Origin: Hypanus sabinus
Lineage: Eukaryota
Assembly: GCF_030144855.1 (NCBI RefSeq)
Contig: NC_082714.1
Coordinates: 127,596,001-127,660,000 of the forward strand
Length of the DNA: 64,000 nt
Reading direction: 5' to 3'
Numbering within the stretch: the stretch's first letter is position 1; the number at the start of each line of letters is the position of its first letter. Made by a program: the position numbers and the translations under genes. This document shows, one piece after another, positions 1 to 11,175 of this stretch. The notes beneath the pieces were generated by a model, which saw only the letters and a list, made by a program, of their open reading frames with translations, was not told where the DNA came from and ran no database searches.

Positions 1-2
1 GG

Positions 3-2000
3 CAGCCGGACCCGTTAAAGATTCGAGCCTTAGTCCAGTGTGGCGACAAGCTGGATGCATGGCTGGGGGATGGGGACATCTGGCTGGATAGTGACGGCGG
101 GGGGGTGCCCGAGGAGCCAAGGTCCCTCAACCACCCTTCCCCCTTCTCACCCGAGCTCCAACATGCCCGACCCGTCACCACGCGGTCCCAGGTTCACCGC
201 AGGGAGGAAGGGAACGAGGGGGAGACGGATGGACCTTCCCCTAGTCACTCTGAGGCCACGGAGACCCAGGACTTCTCCCCCAAGGAGCTGACCCAGTTGG
301 CGGATCGGTACCGCCAACGGCCAGGCGAGCACCTCGCCGCCTAGCTGCTCCGGCTGTGGGACGAGGGGGGGCCCAACCTCAGCCTCTCCCATCAGGAGGC
401 AAGTGCCCTGGGAAGCCTCTCCCATCAGGAGACAAGCGGCCTGGGAAGCCTCTCCCATCAGGAGGCAAGCGGCCTGGGAAGCCTCTCCCATCAGGAGGCA
501 AGCAGCCTGGGAAGCCTCTCCCATCAGGAGGCAAGCGGCCTGGGAAGCCTCTCCCATCAGGAGACAAGTGCCCTGGGAAGCCTCTCCCATCAGGAGACAA
601 GTGGCCTGGGAAGCCTCTCCCATTAGGAGGCAAGCGGCCTGGGAAGCCTCTCCCGTCAGGAGACAAGCGGCCTGGGAAGCCTCTCCCATCAGGAGACAAG
701 CGGCCTGGGAAGCCTCTCCCATCAGGAGGCAAGCGGCCTGGGAAGCCTCTCCCATCAGGAGACAAGCGCCCTGGGAAGCCTCTCCCATCAGGAGGCAAGC
801 GGCCTGGGAAGCCTCTCCCATCAGGAGGCAAGCGCCCTGGGAAGCCTCTCCCATCAGGAGGCAAGCGGCCTGGGAAGCCTCTCCCATCAGGAGGCAAGCG
901 TCCTGGGAAGCCTCTCCCATCAGGAGGCAAGCGGCCTGGGAAGCCTCTCCCATCAGGAGGCAAGCGGCCTGGGAAGCCTCTCCCATCAGGAGACAAGCGG
1001 CCTGGGAAGCCTCTCCCATCAGGAGGCAAGCGGCCTGGGAAGCCTCTCCCATCAGGAGGCAAGCGGCCTGGGAAGCCTCTCCCATCAGGAGGCAAGCGGC
1101 CTGGGAAGCCTCTCCCATCAGGAGGCAAGCGGCCTGGGAAGCCTCTCCCATCAGGAGGCAAGCGGCCTGGGAAGCCTCTCTGAGCAGCAGAGCATAAACA
1201 ATGCGCTGCGGGCACCAGAAGCAGAAATCCGCGACGGCACAACCCTGTGGGATCGGGTAGTGACCACAGTACGAGCTCGCTATCCCACACTTCTGGAGTG
1301 GGATCTATACGGGCGCCCGCAATGGGGTACGGTCAGTGAGGGCACCCGGGTTATCAGGGAATGGGCACTGGTCAACGGCATCTATCAAGGTGGCTGCGTC
1401 CGCAACTTCCTTGAAAACACACGAGTGACCGGTGCCCTAGGAGGATACTTGGTCACTACAGTGCGCCCCGATCTGAAGTCGGTAATCCTGGCCCTCATGG
1501 CACCAGCCAGCGGTAGGATCGTACGGGATGCCATCACCCTCCTGGAGGGATTAGAATATATGCAGAGGGGGGCACCTACGCAGGTCCAGAAGACCGAGTC
1601 AAGGGCCCTAGACACTATCCCTCTCAGATATACACGCAGGCAGCTGTACATGGACCTGCTGCGTGCAGGGGTGGATCATAACCAGATAGATGGCATCCCC
1701 ACCCCCAACCTATATGCCCTGTGGAAGGAGCATTGCAGGGGGAAGATTACTTACAAAAAGACCACCAGACCCGATGCCCACAGCCCCCAGACCGCCAGGC
1801 CAGACCATGCCCACACCGAGCCACCCTCCGCGCCTCCCTTACCTGAAACTGTCTGGAAGGCCCTCGAAGCAGAACTCAGACGGCTCGTCAGGCAGGAAAT
1901 GTCCCACCTCCACCAGCATAGTGCCTCACCCCTGGCGTGGCAGCCCTCTTCCCCCCCTGTCGCATTTGCTCTCTCACCCTTTCCTGCCCGGGGGACCTGA
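3..2000 (+). pseudogene. gag: ERV-L-type gag (stops at 342-344 and ~624, in-frame 33-bp array)
   Basis: One frame reads KIRALV..W..DGDIWLD, DFSPKELTQLADRYRQRPGEHLAA*LLRLWDEGGPNLSL, then runs through the array into ORF 1260-2000. These match HERV-L/MuERV-L Gag motifs as remembered (KVRALIG..W.GDVWED; YRQKPGE..WILRVWDNGG). Confidence 0.85.
381..1180 (+). repeat. 33-bp tandem array, ~24 copies, in gag (SLSHQEASGLG per unit in the gag frame)
   Basis: Unit gcctctcccatcaggaggcaagcggcctgggaa; AGCCTCTC present at both boundaries. Confidence 0.97.
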
Positions 2001-3902
2001 GGCCACATATACCCGTCACAGTACAGTGAGGAAAGGGAAACACACAGAGGTGGACCTGAGGCCACATATACCCGTCACAGTACAGTGAGGAAAGGGAAGC
2101 ACACAGAGGTGGACCTGAGGCCACATATACCCGTCACAGTACATTGGAGAAAGGGAAACAGACAGAGGTGGACCTGAGGCCACATATACCCGTCACAGTA
2201 CATCGGGGAAAGGGAAACACACAGAGGTGGACCTGAGGCCACATGTACCCGTCACAGTACATTGGAGAAAGGGAAACAGACAGAGGTGGACCTGAGGCCA
2301 CATATACCCGTCACAGTACATCGGGGAAAGGGAAACACACAGAGGTGGACCTGAGGCCACATGTACCCGTCACAGTACATTGGGGAAAGGGAAGCACAGA
2401 GGTGGACCTGAGGCCACATATACCCGTCACAGTACACTGGGGAAAGGGAAACACACAGAGGTGGACCTGAGGCCACATATACCCGTCACAGTACATTGGG
2501 GAAAGGGAAACACACAGAGGTGGACCTGAGGCCACATATACCCGTCACAGTACACTGGGGAAAGGGAAACACACAGAGGTGGACGGCGCTTGTCGACACA
2601 GGCACCCAGCACATGATTATCCCAGGCAATCCTGCCTTATGGAGGGGTACGGACATGCAGACAGAGGGACTGGGGGGCTCCCTGTTACCAGCTAGGGAGG
2701 TCACCCTTCGCCTAGCCATAGGCAACCATTCCCCCAGACGTGTACAAGTCCTTATTGCCTCCTCCCCGGAATGTATCCTCAGGATCAATGTTTTAAAGGG
2801 ACAATCACTTGAAACAAACAGGGGCAAGTTCACCTTCGGCATCGCGCGAGCCACTATTGTCGTCGGGGCGGCTAAGTGGGAGCCAATTGCTATTCCCCCC
2901 CTCCAAGATCATCTGTAACAGTCAGTACAGAGTGCCGGGGGGGGGGGGGGCGCCAAGAAATCTCAGACTTCATTCAAGCCCTGTTACGGGAGGGAATTAT
3001 TAGAACCGCTGCCTCGCCTTTCAATAGCCCCATTTGGCCCGTCCGTAAGAGGAACGGCTCCCGGCGGATGACAGTTGATTATAGGCAATTGAACAAGGCT
3101 GCACCCCCCACCTCCGCCACTGTACCTGACGTTGTCACCCTTGTTGCAGACATCGCAGGCCGTCCCCACAAACCCTGGTACGCTGTTGTCGATTTAGCGA
3201 ATGCATTTTTCTCGATTCCCCTGCACTCAGATAGCCAAGACCAGTTTGCCTTTACTTGGGATAGCTGACAATACACATGTAATCGCCTGCCCCATGGCTA
3301 CATTCACAGCCCCACAATTTGCCGTGGCCTTGTCTCCCGCGATTTACACAACATCCAATTCCCGCCGGAGATTTCGATTGCACATTATATAGACGATATT
3401 CTTCTCCAAGGCCCTTCTGAGACCATTGTGTCACATGCTAATCGAATCCCTCAGGGGTCGGGGCTGGGCCATTAATATGGAAAAGATACAGGACCCCAGC
3501 CAAGGTGTCATTTTCCTTGGAGTACAATGGAACTCCAGGCACAGAAGCATACCCGATGCTGCCAAAAATAAAATTTTAAATTTTGCTGTCCCTTCAAATA
3601 AAACTGACACAGAGATTCGTGGGGCTCCTGGGCTATTGGCTGCAGCATATACCCCACTTGACCATGTTTCTCCGTCCACTCTATAGGATCTCCAGGAAAA
3701 AATTCAAATTTCTTTGGGGGCCAGCGGAACAGGCTGCCTTTGATACGGCGAAACTAGCGGTGGAACAAGCCATGCCACTTTCTTCCTGCCTGGCGGGTCT
3801 GCCTTTTGAGTTACAGGTCTCAGCGAGTGAGACGGTTGCCGAGTGGAGCCTCTGGCAGAAGACCCCAGGGCGTAGAGTCCCCCTCGGTTTCTGGACTAAG
3901 TC
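1991..3902 (+). pseudogene. pol: pro-pol: aspartic protease, reverse transcriptase, RNase H start; frameshifted, integrase missing
   Basis: DLRPHIPVTVHWGKGN..ALVDTG (ERV-L-like protease), SPFNSPIWPVRK..RMTVDYRQLN, VDLANAFFSIP, QFAFTW, HYIDDILL (~3381-3404), PFELQV..WSLWQ..PLGFW. Confidence 0.92.
1993..2584 (+). repeat. 59-bp tandem array, 10 copies (one 57 bp), at the protease N-terminus
   Basis: Unit ggacctgaggccacatatacccgtcacagtacattggggaaagggaaacacacagaggt, starting at 1993, 2052, 2111 ... 2522; GGAC at both boundaries. Confidence 0.97.
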
Positions 3903-5888
3903 CCCACCCTCAGAGTTATTCCACAGCCACTGAGTAGACCTAACGAATGCTGGTGCAGACTCCGCAATGTGCACACTTCTAACTTTTCCGTTGGTCACAG
4001 CAACTGTCAGTGAAACTGGTACCTTGGTGCCCCAGTGACCACTGCCGACGATGTCGCCAAGCTGCGAGCTCCCTGGACTCTAAACAGGACCCAGTGGATC
4101 TGCGGCCACCACGCCTACCCGTGGTTCCCCACGAGCTGGTACAGCTGCTGCTTTCCAGCATATGTGGTGCCCTTCATCCACCCTCTGAATGGCCTTGGGG
4201 AGCATCCAGCCTACAGTGGCCACCGGGACAAGAGGGCCATTACAGAGGCAGAGAGGTTCTGGGTGATAGCCGTTCCCAGTTATGGTACGGCCCGGCTGTC
4301 CCTGGAGGTGATCCAGATGACCAGTGTGCTCGAGACTCTGGCCAACGAGACGGCAGTGACACTGCAACACACGGAGGATGGTACGGCCCGGCTGTCCCTG
4401 GAGGTGATCCAGATGACCAGTGTGCTCGAGACTCTGGCCAACGAGATGGCAGTGACACTGCAACACACGGAGGATGGTACGGCCCGGCTGTCCCGGGAGG
4501 TGATCCAGATGACCAGTGTGCTCGAGACTCTGGCCAACGAGACGGCAGTGACACTGCAACACACGGAGGATGGTCCGGCCCGGCTGTCCCGGGAGGTGAT
4601 CCAGATGGCCAGTGTGCTCGAGACTCTGGCCAACGAGACGGCAGTGGCACTGTAACACACGGAGGATGGTCCGGCCCGGCTGTCCCGGGAGGTGATCCAG
4701 ATGGCCAGTGTGCTCGAGACTCTGGCCAACGAGACGGCAGTGACACTACAACACACGGAGGATGGTACGGCCCGGCTGTCCCGGGAGGTGATCCAGATGA
4801 CCAGTGTGCTCGAGACTCTGGCCAACGAGACGGCAGTGACACTGCAACACACGGAGGATGGTACGGCCCGGCTGTCCCGGGAGGTGATCCAGATGACCAG
4901 TGTGCCCGAGACTCTGGCCAACCAGACGGCAGTGACACTGCAACACACGGAGGATGGTCCGGCCCGGCTGTCCCGGGAGGTGATCCAGATGACCAGTGTG
5001 CTCGAGACTCTGGCCAACCAGACGGCAGTGACACTGCAACACACGGAGGATGGTACGGCCCGGCTGTCCCGGGAGGTGATCCAGATGACCAGTGTGCTCG
5101 AGACTCTGGCCAACGAGACGGCAGTGACACTGCAACACACGGAGGATGGTACGGCCCGGCTGTCCCGGGAGGTGATCCAGATGACCAGTGTGCTCGAGAC
5201 TCTGGCCAACGAGACGGCAGTGACACTGCAACACACGGAGGATGGTACGGCCCGGCTGTCCCGGGAGGTGATCCAGATGACCAGTGTGCTCGAGACTCTG
5301 GCCAACGAGACGGCAGTGGCACTGCAACACACGGAGGATGGTACGGCCCGGCTGTCCCGGGAGGTGATCCAGATGACCAGTGTGCTCGAGACTCTGGCCA
5401 ACGAGACGGCAGTGGCCCTACAACACACGGAGGATGGTACGGCCCGGCTGTCCCGGGAGGTGATCCAGATGACCAGTGTGCTCGAGACTCTGGCCAACGA
5501 GACGGCAGTGACACTACAACACACGGAGGATGCCCTCACCCAAACGGCGGCAGAACTGACAGCTGTCAGGATGGTCGCCCTGCAGAACCGAATGGCACTG
5601 GACTACCTACTCGCTGCTGATGGTGGAACGTGGGCAGTGGTTGGTAAGGAATGCTGTACCTTTATCCCTGATGAGTCCAGCAACATCACTCACTTGGCCG
5701 CTCACATTCAGGACTCGGTGGCTAAAATTCAAAAATCAAGGGACCAGCTCCTCCAGCACAACACCTCATGGGGCAATTGGTGGCAGTTTAGGTCCCTAGG
5801 GGGGTGGTGGGAAACTGTCATTCACCGGTCCATCGCACTTATTCTTGTAATCATAGCCATTTCTATACTACGTTGCGCATGCAGCTGA
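3903..5888 (+). pseudogene. env: env: C-terminal SU and TM (gamma-type) with 96-bp array; stops at ~4011 and 4653
   Basis: Furin site RDKR, fusion peptide AITEAERFWVIAVPSYG, ISD LQNRMALDYLLA, degenerate CX6CC (GGTWAVVGKECC), hydrophobic anchor SIALILVIIAISIL. Confidence 0.92.
4282..5532 (+). repeat. 96-bp in-frame tandem array, 13 copies, in env TM heptad region (GTARLSREVIQMTSVLETLANETAVTLQHTED)
   Basis: Units start at 4282, 4378 ... and end at ATG 5530-5532; (5530-4282)/96 = 13. Confidence 0.97.
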
Positions 5889-6000
5889 TTAAGAGTGTCT
5901 GCATTTACTTAGCTGCTCAAAATTGGTTATTTCTGGTATGTGCGATTTTGTTTCACCCTCATGTGTGTTGGCTATGTGGTGCGTCTTCCGAGGAGTGGAG

Positions 6001-6484
6001 TGTATCCAGAGATACTGGCCACGTGACAGATGCACTACCACCTGGCTGGTCGGAGGACACACCACATGCCAATCAACATTTGGTTGCTCCCAACTAATCA
6101 ATGCACACCTAAATTATTGGTCACCTTAATTGGATTATCTCGCCCGGCCCCATGCTATAAAAGGTGAGACTTGTCTCTGGTTTGGTCTCTCTTACAGACC
6201 ACCTCATTGGAGGTAAGTGCATTGATTTATGTTTGGGAAGGTTTATCGTTTGTCCTGGTAAGGGAGCCGCAGCTATCCAAGGTCAAGGGGGATAGCTGTT
6301 GTAGTGCTTTTCCCTTGTTCTTTGTAGGTGTAACCGTACCCTGTCCCCACACCACTTCCTGTGTATTGTAGTTGCTTGTGTTGACCTGACTTCCCCTTTA
6401 ATAATAAATTCCTTATTATTAAAACTGTGTGTGTCCAGGCCTCTACTGTTGAGACTCAAGGAACCAGTTATTTCCATCACAACA
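6001..6484 (+). promoter_or_regulatory. 3' LTR of the ERV
   Basis: Purine tract GAGGAGTGGAG just before TGTA at 6001; CCAAT 6069; TATAAAA 6156; AATAAA 6403; ends ...CACAACA at ~6484 before a (CTAT)n tract. Confidence 0.8.
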
Positions 6485-6499
6485 CTATCTATCTATCTA

Positions 6500-6832
6500 T
6501 TTATTTCCCCTTTTCTCTCTTTTTTCTCTCTCTGTGCCCATCACTCTGCCTGCTCTCCATCTTCCTCTGGTGCTCCCCTCCCCCTTTCTTTCTCCCTAGG
6601 CCTCCCATCCCATGATCCTCTCCCTTCTCCAGCTCTGTATCCCTTTTGCCAATCAACTTTACAGCTCTTAGCTTTGTCCCTCCCCCTCCTGTATTCTTCT
6701 ATAATTTCAGATCTCCCCCTCCCCCTCCCAATTTCAAATCTCTTACTATCTGTTCTTTCAGTTAGTCTTGACAAAGGGTCTCGACCCAAAACACCAACTG
6801 TACTTCTTCCTATAATGCTGCCTGGCCTGTTG
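6500..6832 (+). mobile_element. Penelope-like 3' end/pLTR fragment
   Basis: Pyrimidine-rich tract, degenerate hammerhead-like core (gtcttgacaaagggtctcgacccaaaac) and atgctgcctggcctg tail; same family as 16120-16510 and 21100-21485. Confidence 0.65.
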
Positions 6833-7651
6833 CATTCCAAGGAAAATAATATGGTGACTTCTTGCTGTAGAAAAGCACTAACTGTGAAAAGATATCATTA
6901 AGGTATCTAAAGTAATCATAGGTCTAATATGATTGATAGGCTGTTTATGTTGTACAGATCCAGGTGATAGGAAATGGGCACTAAACTAGTTTGTGGTCTA
7001 GAAATTGTATGTATATAACAATGTGTGCAAGGGGCATTAGACAGATGATCCATGACAATTTTATGCACAGCCTCCCAAAATGGAATATTCATTCCTGTAG
7101 AAGATGCCGGGAATTGCCTGCAGGCCAAACAAAAGCAGTAAAAAAAGTATTTTCTTGTGATCATGATTTTCTTGCATTTCAGAGAGTAGAAATCACTGAA
7201 AATGTGATTTGGAAATAGGATTGTGGATGGGGTGAAGCAAAAAGAGGAGATGATCAGGTAAGGGTGGAAGCAGCTGGAGTTATCAAGGGAAGTTTAGTTC
7301 TGAGGTCTATTGAGTAATGGTTCAGAGAGACAATCAGAGGATGGGGAGATGATTAATGGTTCAGGAGATAATGGCAGAGAGATTAGAGTGATCATCATGA
7401 AACAGTAAAATTGAATTGAGCTGTTTGAGTGAGGCCCATCTATTCGAGAGCCTCATCTGCATGAAATCTGTGCAAATCTGATGAAGACTCAGCTACCCTG
7501 TGCGGTTTCTTTGGCTATCTCAGAGGGGACTTAAGTCAATCATGTGCTGTGGGACTGTAGTCACAAAAGGTGATATTATTATGGTCACCATAACAGCATC
7601 TAGCTTTTTGTTTCATGAATTTGCTAAATTGGATATAAATACCTGAGGTAA

Positions 7652-8190
7652 TATAACCATATAACAATTACAGCACGGAAACAGGCCATCTTGGCCTTTC
7701 CAGTCCGTGCCAAACGCTTACTCTCACCTAGTCCCACTGGCCTGCACTCCGCCCATAACCCTCCATTCCTTTCCTGTCAATGTACCAATCCAATTTTACT
7801 TTAAATGACAATACCAAACCTGCCTCTGCCACTTCTACTGGAAGCTCGTTCCACACAGCTACCACTCTCTGAGTAAAGAAATTTCCCCCTCGTGTTACTC
7901 TTAAACTTTTGCCCCCAACTCTCAACTTATGTCCTCTTGTTTGAATCTCCCCTACACTCAATGGAAAAAGCCAATCCACGTCAACTCTATCTATCCCCCT
8001 CATAATTTTAAATACCTCTATCAAGTCCCCCCTCAATCTCCTACACTCCAAAGAATAAAGACCTGACTTGTTCAGCCTTTCCCTGTAACTTAGGTGCTGA
8101 AACCCAGGTAACATTCTAGTAAATCTTCTCAGTACTGGCTATTTTGTTGACATCTTTCCTATAATTCGGTGACCAGAACTGAACACAATA
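7652..8190 (-). mobile_element. CR1 LINE 3' fragment
   Basis: ORF 7728-8114 (YRERLNK.GLYSLE.RRLRGDLIEVFKI, FFTQRVV..WN.LP). Nearly identical to 46390-46745 plus 51612-51720. Confidence 0.93.
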
Positions 8191-9380
8191 TGAAGAAGTT
8201 CCTTCAGGTTGTCATAGCTGGTGGGGTGGGGGGTGGGGTAGTGGGATTAAGCTCCCACTACATATTAAATGCTCTCAATGCTGTGTATCTCAAACAGCCA
8301 CTGACAACCAAGTCCAGCTCCTGACCTTCATGTATAGCTTAGCTAGGAAGCCTAATGAAACCCTTTCTATTGACAAGAGAAGGGGCAAAGGCTGTTTGCT
8401 GGCGCATTAAAACCAGTCACTCTGGGCTGACAGCTCATCTGGGGTGAGAAGAAGGACTCTGATCGCAAACTTTCGCTGCCTTGTAGCTATACCCGCTCCT
8501 GGGAGAGGCTTCAGGATTAAATCCTGAGGAAATATTCAGAGCTGGAGTCCCCAAGGCAGTCCTATATTGAGTGTAATGCTGACTGGCAACTCCTGTGGTG
8601 CCACTGGTGCAAAACTGTTTTGGTCTCTGTCGTTCCTTTTGATTCATGATTTGTGTGGAGATGGAGGAGCGAGCTAAATGGGCAATAGCTTGCTCACCAT
8701 ATCATACTTCCCTGGCTTACTGTCTAGTCACATATTCGTACTGGCAGTCTACTGGCTAGGCAGCTAGGACGCAACATCCATGGCTAACCCTGACCAATGG
8801 AGGGCCTACTGTAAAAAGAAGTATACTCATGTCTCCGGATCATGAGACCGGACCTCTGGGTTACTGATCAAATGAATTATCTACTGCAAGAAATCTACAT
8901 CATTGAAGTAGAAAGCTCAGCACTATAACTACCTTTTTTCCATATCTCAGTTCAGCAGATGCTGTAAAGTTTCATAATGGAACCATGAAGAAATATCCGA
9001 GCCTGATCATCATCTTCATTAGAAATCCAAAAGCAAGATGTGTCGAACACTTATTTAGATAGTAGTTGAATTGCTGCCTTGTGGTGTAAGCAATTCATTT
9101 TATTCCTTTTCACCTTCGCATGTGGCAGTCTGTCAATCCCTATAGAATCATAGTGCACTCTGAGCATATTTTATAAATTCACCATTATGAAAAGAAATCC
9201 ACATAAATTTCAAGGAAGCTGCCAAATAACAGGAATGCAGTTCCACATGGGTAAATCTCTGTCTGGCAAAATCAGTCTCTAGTTTAATTAATTCTTCCTG
9301 CTACATTCAGAAAGTTTGCAATGATTTGTAAATTAGCCTCCAGAGAAAGGCGAAGCAAGCTGTTCCCTACCTGTCTGGAA

Positions 9381-9408
9381 TGTGTGTGTGTGTGCGTGTG
9401 CGTGTGTG
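9381..9408. repeat. (TG)n microsatellite
   Basis: tgtgtgtgtgtgtgcgtgtgcgtgtgtg. Confidence 0.9.
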
Positions 9409-9914
9409 CACTCACTTGGGGGCTGTTGGTGGAGAGTAGGGGGCATTGAGGTTCTGTGAAGAAGAAATGCAAAAATTTTTAGATTAATTAAGTCTGGCTT
9501 TAATTATACCCTGTGAAATTCAGTAATAGCATGAGGGAAAGAATTGGTTGTGAGCAAAGAAAAAAATGGTCAGACTGAAAGGAAAAGAGATGCTTTAGCA
9601 TTTTATCAATTCATTCCAATACATTATACAAAGTGTAAAGTTTTCCCTACTTCACAATATGGGAACATCAGAACAGCAGAGATAGTCACTTTAAAGTTGA
9701 ACATAGATACCTGAAACATAAAGTGATCATACTGTAGCTGAGAAAAGAAATGTGATATGTGCAATCCAGGCTAGTTGTGGCTACTGCAAAATATGGAGAG
9801 AACAGGTGAAATGTTATTTATCCACATTGAAAAAGATACTACTCCACTCACATATAAGCATCCATTTCCAGGTTCTTTTGGTCAATAGTGTCATTTACTT
9901 TGTTTTTGATAAAG

Positions 9915-10155
9915 AGAGTTTTCTTTAGCCAGAGGGTGGTGAATTTATGGCATTTGTTACCACAGGCAGCTATGGAAGTCAGGTCATTTGGTATACGTAG
10001 GGAGGAGCTTGATAGGGTCTTTATTGAACATGGCATCAAAGGTTACGGGGAGTGGGGCTGAGGAGGGGAAAAAAGGATCAGCCATGATTGAATGGTGGAG
10101 CAGACTGGATGGGCTAAAAGGCTTAATTCTGCTCCTATGTCTTATGGTCTTTTGG
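9915..10155 (+). mobile_element. CR1 3' end fragment
   Basis: ttctttagccagagggtggtgaatttatgg ... aattctgctcctatgtcttatggtct tail. Confidence 0.85.
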
Positions 10156-10414
10156 GGTAGGTGTAAACTCCACACAGACAACACTAGATCACTGGAGCTG
10201 TGCAGCAGTATCTTTACTAGTTAGGCATTTGTGCTGCTCAACAAGGACTGCATCACAAAATAACGTTTCACCTGTGCCATAACTGGAAGGAGTAACAAAT
10301 TATATGTGAATGACATAATTGTGGACATCATATTGCTCTGAACAGACTCAAGATTCAAGACAGCTTGCACTAAAAGCATCAGGAAGATGAAATAAAGTTT
10401 TGGAAGGGAATAAA

Positions 10415-11175
10415 ATAGACACAGCGGTCACTTTATTTGGTGCACCTGTATACCTGCTTGTTAATAGAAAATATCTAATCTCCCAATCATTGGGAAGCAG
10501 CTCAAATCATAAAAGCATGCAGACATGGTCAAGAGGCTCAGTTGTTCAGATCATGCATCAGGATGGGGAAGAAATATGATTTAAGTGATTTTGACTATGG
10601 AAGAAGACTGTAAGACCATAAGACATAGGAGCAAAATTAGGCCATTCACACCATTGATTCTGCTCTGCAATTCCATCATGGGTGATCCCGGATCCCACTC
10701 AACCCCATACGTCTGCCTTCTCGCCATATCCTTTGATGCCCTCACTGATCAGGAAACTATCAACTTTCACCTTAAATACACCCCCAAGCCTGGTCTCCAT
10801 CACAGTCTGTGGCAGAGCATTCCACAGATGTTTTGTTGGTGCCAGACTGGGTGGTTTGAGTATCTCAGAAACTGCTGATCTGAGATTGTCATGCACAACC
10901 GTCTCTCAAGTTTACAGAGAATAATGTGAGAAACAAAAAGGAGCCAGTGAGCAGCAGTTTTTTGCAAGCAAATTCCTTGTTAATGTGAAAGGTCAGAGTA
11001 AAATGGCCAGACTGGTCCAAGCTGACAGGAACTCAAATAACCACGTGTGCAGAAGATTATCTCTGAATGTACAATACATTGAACTTTGAAGTGGATGGGT
11101 AGAAGCCCATGAACATGCAGTCAGTGGCCACTTTATCAGGTATAGTGGTAAACAATAAAGTTGCCATTGAGTGTA
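10415..11175 (+). mobile_element. Non-autonomous Tc1-like element interrupted by a minus-strand CR1 3' fragment (~10605-10830)
   Basis: TIR-like ends cagcggtcactttatt and aataaagttgccattgagtgta; transposase-N-terminus-like remnant gttggtgccagactgggtggtttgagtatctcagaaactgctgatct; CR1 tail agaccataagacataggagc inside. Confidence 0.7.

Larger units (their letters stand above)
1..6484 (+). mobile_element. Defective endogenous retrovirus, class III (ERV-L/ERV-S-like gag-pro-pol) with gamma-type env; 5' part lies before the window
   Basis: Order gag-pro-RT-partial RNaseH-env-PPT-LTR. GC-rich against an AT-rich background. Motifs are listed in the component features. Confidence 0.93.

Noticed and set aside
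381-1180. 33-bp repeats as a CRISPR array
   Set aside because: Units are contiguous with no unique spacers, there are no cas genes, and the context is a vertebrate retroviral gag.
147-1290. Long repetitive ORFs (PGKPLPSGGKR, WEASPIRRQAA, MGEASQAACLL, GRGFPGRLPPD) as novel or collagen-like proteins
   Set aside because: They are by-products of a 33-bp unit with no stop in most frames; the ancestral frame is gag.
2937-2950. G14 run in pol as a programmed frameshift signal
   Set aside because: Similar G/C runs occur at ~16625, ~17970, ~42605 and ~58910; more likely homopolymer slippage or sequencing error.
4010-5620. 536-aa plus-strand and antisense ORFs over the 96-bp array
   Set aside because: Alternative frames of the repeat; only the env frame has homology on both sides of the array.
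8200-8810. Possible RTE-derived or SINE repeat
   Set aside because: Looks repeat-like in composition, but I found no motif to support a call.
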